The translations under genes and the position numbers were made by a program. Of a stretch of 64,000 nt of DNA, positions 8,892 through 17,955 are shown piece by piece. The DNA is from Reclinomonas americana ATCC 50394 (Eukaryota). Numbering within the stretch: the first letter of the stretch is position 1; the number at the start of each line of letters is the position of its first letter. Below the pieces are notes generated by a model. It did not search any database and had not been told where the DNA came from. It was given only the letters and a program-made list of their open reading frames with translations. Location of the stretch: positions 248,001 to 312,000 of the forward strand of contig PS015010.1 of assembly GCA_048213135.1 (NCBI GenBank), given 5' to 3'.

Positions 8892-9143
8892 ATGATGTTT
8901 CATGTGTACATTATTTATTCAGAAAAACTTGATCAGTATTATATTGGATATACAAGCAATCTGAATCAGCGTCTCCGGGAACATGATAATCAATTCTCAA
9001 CTTTTACTTCAAAGACTTCAGATTGGAAGATCAAGTACAGTGAGGCATTTGATACCAGACATGCTGCAATGAGGCGTGAAAAAGAAGTGAAAATGAAAAA
9101 AAGCAGCAAGCATATTGAATGGCTGATCAGGCGAAGTAAATAA
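8892..9143 (+). CDS. Small standalone GIY-YIG nuclease family protein
   Basis: HVYIIYS...YYIGYTSNLNQRLREH...AMRREKEVK pattern (two Tyr strands, conserved Arg/His and Glu); about 83 aa; AT-rich. Confidence 0.88.
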   Translation: MMFHVYIIYSEKLDQYYIGYTSNLNQRLREHDNQFSTFTSKTSDWKIKYSEAFDTRHAAMRREKEVKMKKSSKHIEWLIRRSK

Positions 9144-9254
9144 CTGGAAAACATCCGCATTTCACCCTCTTCTGCATCCAACGAAAAATATTGGCACCCT
9201 TTTTTCTAAAGGAGTAGTATAGCCGGGAATATTATCCAATCAAAAGAAGATGTT

Positions 9255-10124
9255 ATGATGCAAAGAAAGAATATTATCTATTGGCTTCCAGTATTGTTAG
9301 CGTTAACACAGTATGCCTGCAACAATAAACAGGCGGAACAAAAGCAACCTGTGCAGGTGGTTAAACCCAAAGAAAGAAAATCACCGGCGGTAACGGGTTA
9401 CACCTTTGCCAGTGGAAAAGAATGGTGGAAGTTAAACCAGTCAGACGACCGTAAAATCAGTATTGTACTGGCTATAAACAGGACAGACTCGGCGCATTTT
9501 AAAAAGATGGATAGCGTGCTTATTCCGCAGGATTTCTCCGGGGATGTAGAGGCGTATCTTCCTTTTCCCTATCATGTAGATGCGCTTAATGATGTGAACA
9601 AGATCATCTTCTTCTCTTACCCCGCGCAGGTATTCGCTGCGTATGAGCGCGGAGAATTGTTGTATACCGGGCCAACCAATATGGGCAGGAAAAAAGACCC
9701 CACACCAGCCGGGTTATATTTCACCAACTGGAAAGCGGAAAAGACAACCAGTACGTTTAATGACGAGTGGGAACTGAAATGGAATTTCAACATACAAAAT
9801 AAAGAGGGTATAGGGTTTCACGAATATGAACTGCCGGGATACCCTGCTTCGCATTCCTGCCTGCGCCTGCAGGAAAAAGACGCCAAACTACTCTATAACT
9901 GGGCCGATCAATGGGTATTAAAAGGACAGGATAACCTGCTGGCCAAAGGAACACCGGTAATTGTTTTCGGTACGTATAATTTCGATGGACCGAAGCCCTG
10001 GTGGCGACTGGTGACAGATCCCGGTGCATTACGTATATCGGAAACGGAAGTGGAACATATCCTGTCTCCTTACCGCGACAGTATCATGTCAGCACAAACC
10101 CGGCGGGCTCTGGTTAATCGTTAG
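9255..10124 (+). CDS. L,D-transpeptidase (YkuD family) lipoprotein
   Basis: Lipoprotein-like signal (..QYAC); PTPAG and GIGFHEYELPGYPASHSCLRL catalytic motif. Confidence 0.85.
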   Translation: MMQRKNIIYWLPVLLALTQYACNNKQAEQKQPVQVVKPKERKSPAVTGYTFASGKEWWKLNQSDDRKISIVLAINRTDSAHFKKMDSVLIPQDFSGDVEAYLPFPYHVDALNDVNKIIFFSYPAQVFAAYERGELLYTGPTNMGRKKDPTPAGLYFTNWKAEKTTSTFNDEWELKWNFNIQNKEGIGFHEYELPGYPASHSCLRLQEKDAKLLYNWADQWVLKGQDNLLAKGTPVIVFGTYNFDGPKPWWRLVTDPGALRISETEVEHILSPYRDSIMSAQTRRALVNR

Positions 10125-10128
10125 TATT

Positions 10129-10845
10129 TTAGTTGGCCTGTAAAGCGTAAGTGCAAATAATACGTGTTTCCGTGTATGCCTTACCGTTATGTTCGCCGGG
10201 AGTTTTATCGGTGAAGGTGTATTCTGCAAGGTACCTTCCTTTCCATAACGGCGTGAAACGTGCTTCACCTTCCGCGTTGCTGTATAATCCTTTCTCCCAG
10301 CCATTGGGCGCCACCACTTTTATTTCTTCTTTTGCCGCCGGTTTACCGGAATGGAGCGCCTTCAGTTTTACTGATCTGTCTTTTTTGACAGCAAATGCGG
10401 AATCGCTGAAAAGGCTTACTGTATTAGGGTTCACGAGCGGGTCATTGCCGTTAAATTGCTTACCTACAACTACTGTAGCGCCGGAATTATAATCCAGTTT
10501 CATGTTGCGGTACACATCTTTTACAAGATGGTGGGCAACCAGTGTGTACACCCCATCCTGGCCGGGTGTAAATGTGGCGCTGTAATGATCTCCGGCAGCA
10601 GTAGCGCTCAGCGTTGTTTTGCTGCCATCTGGGGCAATCGCGGTAAGCGAGAAACCGGCCAGGTCAGAGAACCATTTGCCGGTTTGCGAGAGATCCTTTT
10701 CTCCAAATTCTCCAAAGTAGATACGTACTTCCTGTGACCGGCCTTTCCTGCCCGTTGCATCTGTTTCTATCCATAAGGCATGGGCAGAAGCGGTATGTAC
10801 AAAAAAGCAGGCGATAAGCAGGCTGAAGAAAGAACGTATATACAT
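10129..10845 (-). CDS. DUF4198-like exported protein
   Basis: Signal peptide ending ASA-HALWIE; IYFGE and GEARFTPLWKGRYL resemble this family. Confidence 0.7.
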   Translation of the reverse strand: MYIRSFFSLLIACFFVHTASAHALWIETDATGRKGRSQEVRIYFGEFGEKDLSQTGKWFSDLAGFSLTAIAPDGSKTTLSATAAGDHYSATFTPGQDGVYTLVAHHLVKDVYRNMKLDYNSGATVVVGKQFNGNDPLVNPNTVSLFSDSAFAVKKDRSVKLKALHSGKPAAKEEIKVVAPNGWEKGLYSNAEGEARFTPLWKGRYLAEYTFTDKTPGEHNGKAYTETRIICTYALQAN

Positions 10846-10864
10846 GTCGGAAGGTTTTAGGTAC

Positions 10865-10930
10865 CAAAGGTATTCCCCGGTTTACGCATCAGTTACATCA
10901 ATAGGGAAAAATGTTTACGGAATAGGGAAA
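10865..10930 (-). promoter_or_regulatory. Promoter (-7 TACCTTTG) with upstream AATAGGGAAA direct repeats for the DUF4198 gene
   Basis: CAAAGGTA at 10865-10872 is the reverse complement of TACCTTTG; AATAGGGAAA at 10900 and 10921 (21-bp period). Confidence 0.55.
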
Positions 10931-11026
10931 GCTGTTACAAAGATTCCACAAAGCGGAGGCAGGAACATTACAAACAGATCAAAAACTGGTGAAAGCCCTC
11001 AGCGACTGAGTGCCAGCCTGATGCAG

Positions 11027-12955
11027 TTACCGGATGATTAAAACTGATCCTTTCAATGTACCGAAGCCCTGTTTAAGGTCGATGAAATAAGTGTAGGCAC
11101 CTGAAGGCAGGTCCTTGCCTTTGAAACGGCCGTCCCATTTCCTGTTCTGTCCTTTGCTGGTAAACACAATCTCACCATAACGGTCAAGTACATACAATTC
11201 ATGCTGGGTGTAGGCTTCAAGCGCGGGAATGTTCCATGTGTCATTGATGCCATCACCGTTGGGCGTAAAAGCATTAGGGATATACAAGGCCTGGTACACT
11301 TTAATATGCATGGTATCGGTAACTGTTCCGCATCCTTTTACGGCCTCCGCATGCAGAACATAAGTACTGTTGCTGGTTGGGTTCACGAACGGATGCAACG
11401 AGCCTGGATTGTCGATGTTCACAGGAGGCGTCCAGTAATAACTGCCAGCATTACCCTGCACACTTCCGTTTAACTGTATCCTGTTTCCCGCTATCATTGT
11501 CCTGTCGGGCCCTGCGTCGGCAACAGGAGGTTGTATCACATTAACGGTTGTATAAGCGGTATCCTTACATCCATCAGTATTGGTAACAATAAATAAATAA
11601 GTGGTGGTGTTTGCAGGTGTGGCAAAAGGCGCGGGTATGGTGGTGGAAGAAAGCCCGGTTGAAGGTAACCACGCTACAGCACCAACTCCCACTCCTCCCA
11701 GTTGAATGGTAGAGCCTTCACAAATACTGCTGTCGGAAAATAATGTTTGTGCTGTTGGTGCCGCATGCACCACTACCATAGCAGAATCTTTTTTCTGGCA
11801 TCCTGCGGCGTTGGTCACGGTAACATAATATTTCCCCGCATGGGTAAGGCTGGCAGGGAATATGGAGACAGGATTGCCTGTTGCGTTAAAACCTGCGGGA
11901 CCGGTCCAGCTGTATTGTGTTCCGCCTGTTGCAGTCAGCGTGATCACCTGTTTTTCACAAACTGGACTGTTACTGGTACAGGATGTAACGGGTCTTGCAT
12001 TTACATTGATGGTTACGGCAGCGGAAGCTACGCGGCATTGCAATGAATTGATGTTACCGCCTTCTGCAACAGACAGCCGGTAGAGATAAGTGCCAACGGG
12101 TGTTCCTGCAGGAAAATTCACCGGCAATGTTGTTGTGGTAGCACCGGGAATGTCAGTCCAGCCGCCATTGTTCAGGTTTTGCTGCCACTGGAACGAGGGG
12201 TTATTGAATCCGCCGGAAACCGTGCAACTAAATGTATAGGACTGTCCGCTGCCCTCACAGAAAGAAGCTGTAGTTGCGGGCAAACCCACAATAGATGGTG
12301 TAAGCATGGGGCCGCAGGGTCTGAAGGTGATATCGTCCAGTGCGAGGTCATTACCACAGCCGCCCTGCGAATTGTTGATGATGCGCAATACAATATCTGA
12401 ACTGCCCGCAGGCGTTGTAAAAAAGAACCCGTATTGCTTCCAGGTCGGACTGGAAACTGACGCAATGCTGTTGGTGTTGTAAGACTGTAACAGCGTACCA
12501 TCGGTAAGCTCTATACGAAAAGTAAGATCTGGTGTAATGCCGCTGCCACTGCAGGCCGATGGCAGTAATACATTGATTACCCACGCGGCGAATTCATAGG
12601 TAGTGCCGCCACAAAGACCTTTCACCGTATCCACATAAAATGCACTGGGCTGCAACGACGCGTTCACCAGCATAAAATAGCCACCGGGGTTACCGGTATG
12701 ATCGGAACTGAGGTTATGCCAGGAACTGCCAAAGCAACCTGTTGTATTGTTTCTTACGGTATAAAAACCATCACTGGGACAGTCATTGGACACATACTGG
12801 TAATTGGTGGTGGCAGCAGATAAGGAAGGGCCGGGATTGCTGCCCGATCCAAAAGTGATGTTAATGATAGGATCACCCAGGCTTCCCTGGCATAACTGTG
12901 CTTCAGCGTTCGTACAAACGAAGAAGAACAACAAAGCTATGATCAACCGGTACAT
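11027..12955 (-). CDS. Secreted protein with Ig/PKD-like repeats and a gliding motility-associated (T9SS type B) C-terminal domain
   Basis: Signal peptide; ADAGPD repeat; C-terminal YIPNAFTPNGDGINDTW...YVLDRYG...WDG...GAYTY. Confidence 0.88.
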   Translation of the reverse strand: MYRLIIALLFFFVCTNAEAQLCQGSLGDPIINITFGSGSNPGPSLSAATTNYQYVSNDCPSDGFYTVRNNTTGCFGSSWHNLSSDHTGNPGGYFMLVNASLQPSAFYVDTVKGLCGGTTYEFAAWVINVLLPSACSGSGITPDLTFRIELTDGTLLQSYNTNSIASVSSPTWKQYGFFFTTPAGSSDIVLRIINNSQGGCGNDLALDDITFRPCGPMLTPSIVGLPATTASFCEGSGQSYTFSCTVSGGFNNPSFQWQQNLNNGGWTDIPGATTTTLPVNFPAGTPVGTYLYRLSVAEGGNINSLQCRVASAAVTINVNARPVTSCTSNSPVCEKQVITLTATGGTQYSWTGPAGFNATGNPVSIFPASLTHAGKYYVTVTNAAGCQKKDSAMVVVHAAPTAQTLFSDSSICEGSTIQLGGVGVGAVAWLPSTGLSSTTIPAPFATPANTTTYLFIVTNTDGCKDTAYTTVNVIQPPVADAGPDRTMIAGNRIQLNGSVQGNAGSYYWTPPVNIDNPGSLHPFVNPTSNSTYVLHAEAVKGCGTVTDTMHIKVYQALYIPNAFTPNGDGINDTWNIPALEAYTQHELYVLDRYGEIVFTSKGQNRKWDGRFKGKDLPSGAYTYFIDLKQGFGTLKGSVLIIR

Positions 12956-12998
12956 ATACTTACTCAATCCTGGTGTGTTTAATTTCTGTGCTGATATT

Positions 12999-13022
12999 AA
13001 AAACCCGGATAGACATCCGGGT
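12999..13022 (-). terminator. Terminator at the end of the beta-glucan PUL operon
   Basis: ACCCGGAT-agac-ATCCGGGT with an A run on its left (U tail on the minus strand), just past the GH16 stop. Confidence 0.7.
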
Positions 13023-13057
13023 AATTAAAGTTATGAGAAAAACTGCCTAAAAAACAA

Positions 13058-14269
13058 TTATTGATACACTCTTATATAATCAACGATCAGCCACTGGGGC
13101 AGGTAAGTGCTGGCATCCGGATTGCCGGGCCAGTTGCCGCCTACAGCCATGTTGATGATAAAAAAGAAATCTTCGTTAAAGGGGTAATTGTTGGCGCCAA
13201 AATCCGCCTTGGTATACGTGGAATAAGCAACACCGTCAACCAGCCATTTGATCTGGTCCTGCTTCCATTCCAGTGAGAACACATGGAACTCATCATTGAA
13301 GATGCCGGAAGGAAGTGTGAAATTCCTGCCCAGTTGTGTACTGCCGGGGCCGGGTCCGAAATGCAGTGTGCCATAAGTGCGATTAGGTTCATGACCGATC
13401 ATTTCCATCAGGTCGATCTCCCCGCTTTTGGGCCAGCCTCCATAAATATTAGCCTGGGGTAATAACCACAAGGCAGGCCAGATGCCTTTATCCTTGGGTA
13501 GTTTGGCACGGATATCAAAACGGCCGAACTTAAATGTCTTCTTACCCCTGGTGAGTATTTTTGATGAAGTATAATTTTTCCCTGCATACGCTTCTTTCCT
13601 TGCTTCGATGATCATCTTTCCATCCTGGAAAAAAAGATTCTGCGGCCGATCGGTATAATATTCCAGTTCATTATTGCCCCATCCGCAAACAGCCGGGCAA
13701 CCATCACCATTCTCAAAACTCCAGTCGGTTGTATTCAGCGCCGGGCCGGCAAATTCATCTGACCAGGCTAATGTATAACCGGGATAGGAGGTAGGGGCAT
13801 CATAACCCGTATTGGTAAAATTCACTTTACTGTCATCATTAATAATTGTACCCACAGCTACGGACCTGTAAATATTAGCGTTCACCGCCCCGCTCAGGGT
13901 CACTTTAAAGTCGTCATCACCTTCACGGAAGTCATCTGTCTTTACCATTACGGTAAAATTTTTCTGTACTTCATTCGGCGCGAAACTGATGGTTTGCGCA
14001 GCTGCGGTAAAATCCTCCCCGTTTTTGGCAAAGCCTTCGGATGTGGCGCAACTAACGGTGATGGTTTTATCGGACGCTTTATCGAGTGTAACGGAAAAAT
14101 TAAAAGCGGTCGTACCGGTGTTGCCTTCAGATAAGGTTACATCGGCAACGGAAATATTAGGTGCGGCAGGCACCGGCGCTGATGAAGAGCTGCCGCTTTT
14201 AGAACAGCCATACACCAAGGCAAAAATGGAAATGACCAGGCTGGGTAACATATACTTGCGTTTATTCAT
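13058..14269 (-). CDS. GH16 endo-beta-1,3-glucanase lipoprotein with an N-terminal Calx-beta domain
   Basis: Lipobox VYGC; EGNTGTTAFNFSVTL Calx-beta; WSDEF, GWGNNELEYY, GIWPALW and SGEIDLME catalytic motif. Confidence 0.92.
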   Translation of the reverse strand: MNKRKYMLPSLVISIFALVYGCSKSGSSSSAPVPAAPNISVADVTLSEGNTGTTAFNFSVTLDKASDKTITVSCATSEGFAKNGEDFTAAAQTISFAPNEVQKNFTVMVKTDDFREGDDDFKVTLSGAVNANIYRSVAVGTIINDDSKVNFTNTGYDAPTSYPGYTLAWSDEFAGPALNTTDWSFENGDGCPAVCGWGNNELEYYTDRPQNLFFQDGKMIIEARKEAYAGKNYTSSKILTRGKKTFKFGRFDIRAKLPKDKGIWPALWLLPQANIYGGWPKSGEIDLMEMIGHEPNRTYGTLHFGPGPGSTQLGRNFTLPSGIFNDEFHVFSLEWKQDQIKWLVDGVAYSTYTKADFGANNYPFNEDFFFIINMAVGGNWPGNPDASTYLPQWLIVDYIRVYQ

Positions 14270-14301
14270 GATAATACATTTTATTTTTTGTTTTCATTGG
14301 G

Positions 14302-15765
14302 TCACCATATATAGGTGGCCACCGCTCCTGATGAAAGGGAACTGGTCACCCATTTGTTGCTGAACCTGATATTGAAATTTTGTGCCGATCCCTCGTCGTT
14401 GCAAACAATGAGCACTTTTTTGCCGTCGGCCCGCAGGAAAGCGACACTCTGTATATTGCCATAGTTGGTACTGCTGATGCGTGTTGAGCCCGGGGGCACG
14501 AATTTGGAAGCATGTGCAATAATATAATAGGCTACGTTACGCACTATGGTTCCTGATCCGATGGTCAGCGCACCTTTGCAGGTGGTACAACCGCCGGGTG
14601 TATAGGGCATGAACAAAGGATCGTTGGCCAGGTTCCATTCCAGGGCTACGCGGCTCCAGTTGCGCATGGAACCAATGATCACGTTGCGGAGATGCCACCT
14701 GAGGTCACCCGCGAAACCACCGGTTGATGCCGTGTATTGTTCTGTAAAGTAGACGTTCTTATCCGGGTAATTGTTGTGCACGGTACTTAAAGCGGAGATA
14801 TCTCCGGCATACAAATGAAACGCTGATCCATCTACATAAGCCCTTGCCGCCGCGTCGCCGAGGATGTCGAGCGGGTAATCACTTCTGTCGCAATTGTGGT
14901 CATACACAATGATCTTTGTGCTGATGGATGCCGCGGCGAAAGCCGGTCCCAGGTTATTTTTGATGAAGGCTGCCTGTTGTGCAGCGGTCATGTACATACT
15001 GGGATTATTGCCTGGGTGTAAAGGTTCGTTCTGTGGTGTTATGGCGTCGATGGTGATGCCTTCAGCCTTCATCGCCTGTATGTATTTCACAAAGTAATTC
15101 GCATATACACTGTAGTAGGCGGGGATGAGGCTGCCACCAACAGAATTGCCATTGTCTTTCATCCATACCGGTGGCGACCAGGGCGTGGCGAGTATTTTAA
15201 TGGAAGGGTTGATCGATACGATTTGTTTCAGCACGGGTATTACATCTGTCTTATCCGGGTTGATGGAAAAATTAGCGAGTGTAACATCTGTGCTTCCTGC
15301 AGGCAGATCATTATAAGAATAAACGGAAGTACTCAGGTCGGTAGCGCCAATACCAATACGCAGATAACTTACGCCGATGCTGTTGCTGCCGGTGCCGAAT
15401 AATTCGGTAAGCAATGCGGTTTTATCCGCGGCTGATAACTGGTTGATCACATAAGCGCTTCCCTGTGTGAGGGTATATCCAAAGCCGTCGACAGACTGGT
15501 ATTTGGTGTCCGCATCAACCGTTATGGTACCGAATGAATTGGTGGCCGTTCCAAAAGTGAGGATGCTGCTTTGTTTGGAGAGCAGGTTGACCTGGTCGCC
15601 GGTCGTGAGCCAGCTCTCCACATCTGTAACTGTTGCCGGCGGAGTAACAGGCGGTGTTACAGGCGTACTGGTTCCATTGCCTGAACTGCTTTTGCTGCAA
15701 TTGCAGAAAGAAGCCAGCACAAGAAAGAAAACAGTGAGCATTCTATTTCCGGGATGATACTTCAT
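14302..15765 (-). CDS. GH30 glycoside hydrolase lipoprotein (probable beta-1,6-glucanase)
   Basis: YQSVDGFG, ATPWSPPVWMK, TPQNEP, YDHN, AFHLY and YFTEQ motifs; substrate inferred from PUL context. Confidence 0.9.
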   Translation of the reverse strand: MKYHPGNRMLTVFFLVLASFCNCSKSSSGNGTSTPVTPPVTPPATVTDVESWLTTGDQVNLLSKQSSILTFGTATNSFGTITVDADTKYQSVDGFGYTLTQGSAYVINQLSAADKTALLTELFGTGSNSIGVSYLRIGIGATDLSTSVYSYNDLPAGSTDVTLANFSINPDKTDVIPVLKQIVSINPSIKILATPWSPPVWMKDNGNSVGGSLIPAYYSVYANYFVKYIQAMKAEGITIDAITPQNEPLHPGNNPSMYMTAAQQAAFIKNNLGPAFAAASISTKIIVYDHNCDRSDYPLDILGDAAARAYVDGSAFHLYAGDISALSTVHNNYPDKNVYFTEQYTASTGGFAGDLRWHLRNVIIGSMRNWSRVALEWNLANDPLFMPYTPGGCTTCKGALTIGSGTIVRNVAYYIIAHASKFVPPGSTRISSTNYGNIQSVAFLRADGKKVLIVCNDEGSAQNFNIRFSNKWVTSSLSSGAVATYIW

Positions 15766-15771
15766 ACCTGG

Positions 15772-17940
15772 TTATAATTTTATTTTTTCTGTTAAACGGA
15801 TCGCTCTTGATGAACCACCCACCATAATCGTAAAGCTGTCGTTCTGCATTACCCAATTGTTTTTGATGTCATCGTAATACTGGAAGGCATCTGTATTGAG
15901 GGTGATGCTTACTTTCTTTTGTTCGCCTGCGGCCAGTTGTATTTTCTGGAATCCTTTCAGTTCTTTTTCAGGTCTGGGCAAAACAGGATTGTCTTCCTTC
16001 ACATATAACTGCGCCACTTCAGCGCCCGCCCTTTTGCCGGTATTCTTTACCTGGAAGGTTGCGATCACCTGTTTGCCGTTTTTCGACAACTGCAGACCGC
16101 TGTATTCAAAACTGGTATAGGAGAGACCATGACCAAAAGCAAACTGGGGCTCAGTCTTCCACGTGTCAAAACCGCGATAGCCTACATAGATATCATCGAA
16201 ATAATGTTCAAGCAGGGTAGTGGTATCACCAGGGAATTCACCCAGCTGGTGTGCCGGAATATCTTCCAGTTTTTTGGGGAAGGTCATTGGTAATTTGCCG
16301 GAAGGATTGATGTCGCCGAAGATGATCTTCGCGAGCACATTACCACCTTCCATGCCGGGATACCAGGCCTGCAGAATGGCAGGAGTATTGTCTACCCACT
16401 GGCTCATGTCAATGGCACCACCGCCCATTAATACAACGATCGTTTTGGGATTGGCTTTCAGTACCGCTTTGATAAGTTCATCCTGGCCAAAAGGCATCTT
16501 CATATCCGGCTTGTCTACATCTTCCGCATCGTAGGCATTGTCTTTCCACACATCGTAACGGAAACCATGCGTCCACCCGCCGACTACGATCGCCACATCC
16601 GCTTTTTTCGCTGCTTCAACGGCTTCGCTGATCAGTTGTGCATTAGCCTTAGCATCGGGTTTAATTTCGTAACCCTGCGCATAACTTACCTGCGCAGTGC
16701 CCGCCTGGCTGCGGATGCCTGCCAGCGGCGTTATTTCGTAAAATGCCCTTACCTGCGAACTGCCGCCACCCATGGATTGCTTGCGTTCTGCATTATAACC
16801 GATAACGGCAATGGAACGAACGGTGTTCTTATTCAGCGGTAAAATATTGTTGTTGTTTTTAAGCAAAACCATACCTTCTTCCGCTACTTCGGCAGCAGTG
16901 CGCTGGTGTGCTTTGGTATTGTATTCGCCTTTCTTTTTTACGCCATCGATCATGCCGGTTTTGAACATGATGTAGAGTATGCGGCGTACTTTTTCGTCGA
17001 GCTGGTATTGTTGCAGGCGCCCGCTTTTAACAAGACTTACCACCGTATCACCCATAAAGAAGGTACGGTAATCGGGGTTGGGCAGCATATGAAGATCGGT
17101 GCCCATTTCCAGGTCCATACCATTCCAGAAGGCCTGTGCTGTGCTGTTCACCGCGTCCCAGTCACTCATGACAATGCCTTTGAACCCCCATTCTTTTCTC
17201 AGTATGTGGGTGAGGAGGTAATAATTCTGTGATGCCCATTGCCCGCGGAATTTGTTGTACGATCCCATGATGGTGTTGGCGCCACCTTCCTGCAGGGCGG
17301 CTTTAAACCCGGGAAGGTAGATCTCTCTCAACGCTCTTTCACTCATCTGCACATCGATGAAATGTCTTTTCAGCTCCTGGTTATTGGCGGCATAGTGTTT
17401 CACACAGGCGGATATGCCCTGATCCTGCACACCCCTTACATAACCCACCACCATTTTTGATACGAGGTAGGGATCTTCACTCTGGTATTCGAAATTCCTG
17501 CCATTGAGCGGGGAGCGGATAATATTGATGCCGGGGCCAAGGATCACATTCTTGCCACGGTAAGCAGCTTCACTGCCCAGCACCGAACCAAAGTCATAAC
17601 CAAGTTTGGGATTCCAGGTGGCGGCGAGGCAAACGCCGGTAGGAAGATAGGTGCCGGAGTCGAGTATGTTGTTGTCGAGATTCCAGTCGCGGCCATGTTC
17701 CGGTCTTACGCCATGCGGACCATCGGAGGTAACCAGTTCGGGTATGCCTAACCGTGGTACGCCTGCTGACGTGAAAGAGGAAGAGGCGTGTATCATATTT
17801 ACCTTTTCCTGCAGGGTCATCTGCCTGAGCAGACCGTTGATCCTGGCGGCGGTATCAAATGGTTGTTGTGCCGATAATGTCAGCGCACAACAGGTGGCGG
17901 AAAGCGCCAGCAGAACTTGTATCCGGAATCTTTTATTCAT
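15772..17940 (-). CDS. GH3 beta-glucosidase
   Basis: SDGPHGVR, GRNFEY, KHYAANNQE, IVMSDW and PSGKLPMTFP motifs; FnIII-like C-terminus; signal peptide. Confidence 0.94.
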   Translation of the reverse strand: MNKRFRIQVLLALSATCCALTLSAQQPFDTAARINGLLRQMTLQEKVNMIHASSSFTSAGVPRLGIPELVTSDGPHGVRPEHGRDWNLDNNILDSGTYLPTGVCLAATWNPKLGYDFGSVLGSEAAYRGKNVILGPGINIIRSPLNGRNFEYQSEDPYLVSKMVVGYVRGVQDQGISACVKHYAANNQELKRHFIDVQMSERALREIYLPGFKAALQEGGANTIMGSYNKFRGQWASQNYYLLTHILRKEWGFKGIVMSDWDAVNSTAQAFWNGMDLEMGTDLHMLPNPDYRTFFMGDTVVSLVKSGRLQQYQLDEKVRRILYIMFKTGMIDGVKKKGEYNTKAHQRTAAEVAEEGMVLLKNNNNILPLNKNTVRSIAVIGYNAERKQSMGGGSSQVRAFYEITPLAGIRSQAGTAQVSYAQGYEIKPDAKANAQLISEAVEAAKKADVAIVVGGWTHGFRYDVWKDNAYDAEDVDKPDMKMPFGQDELIKAVLKANPKTIVVLMGGGAIDMSQWVDNTPAILQAWYPGMEGGNVLAKIIFGDINPSGKLPMTFPKKLEDIPAHQLGEFPGDTTTLLEHYFDDIYVGYRGFDTWKTEPQFAFGHGLSYTSFEYSGLQLSKNGKQVIATFQVKNTGKRAGAEVAQLYVKEDNPVLPRPEKELKGFQKIQLAAGEQKKVSITLNTDAFQYYDDIKNNWVMQNDSFTIMVGGSSRAIRLTEKIKL

Positions 17941-17955
17941 GGTTTACTGATTGTT

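Noticed and set aside
8629-8895. 88-aa ORF spanning the tRNA
   Set aside because: Overlaps tRNA-Ala, its terminator and the tRNA duplicate; the repeated RGHQFES peptide only reflects the nucleotide duplication.
8641-13000. Integrative element or prophage inserted at tRNA-Ala
   Set aside because: No integrase, phage or conjugation genes, and no distal copy of the tRNA 3' end was seen in the window.
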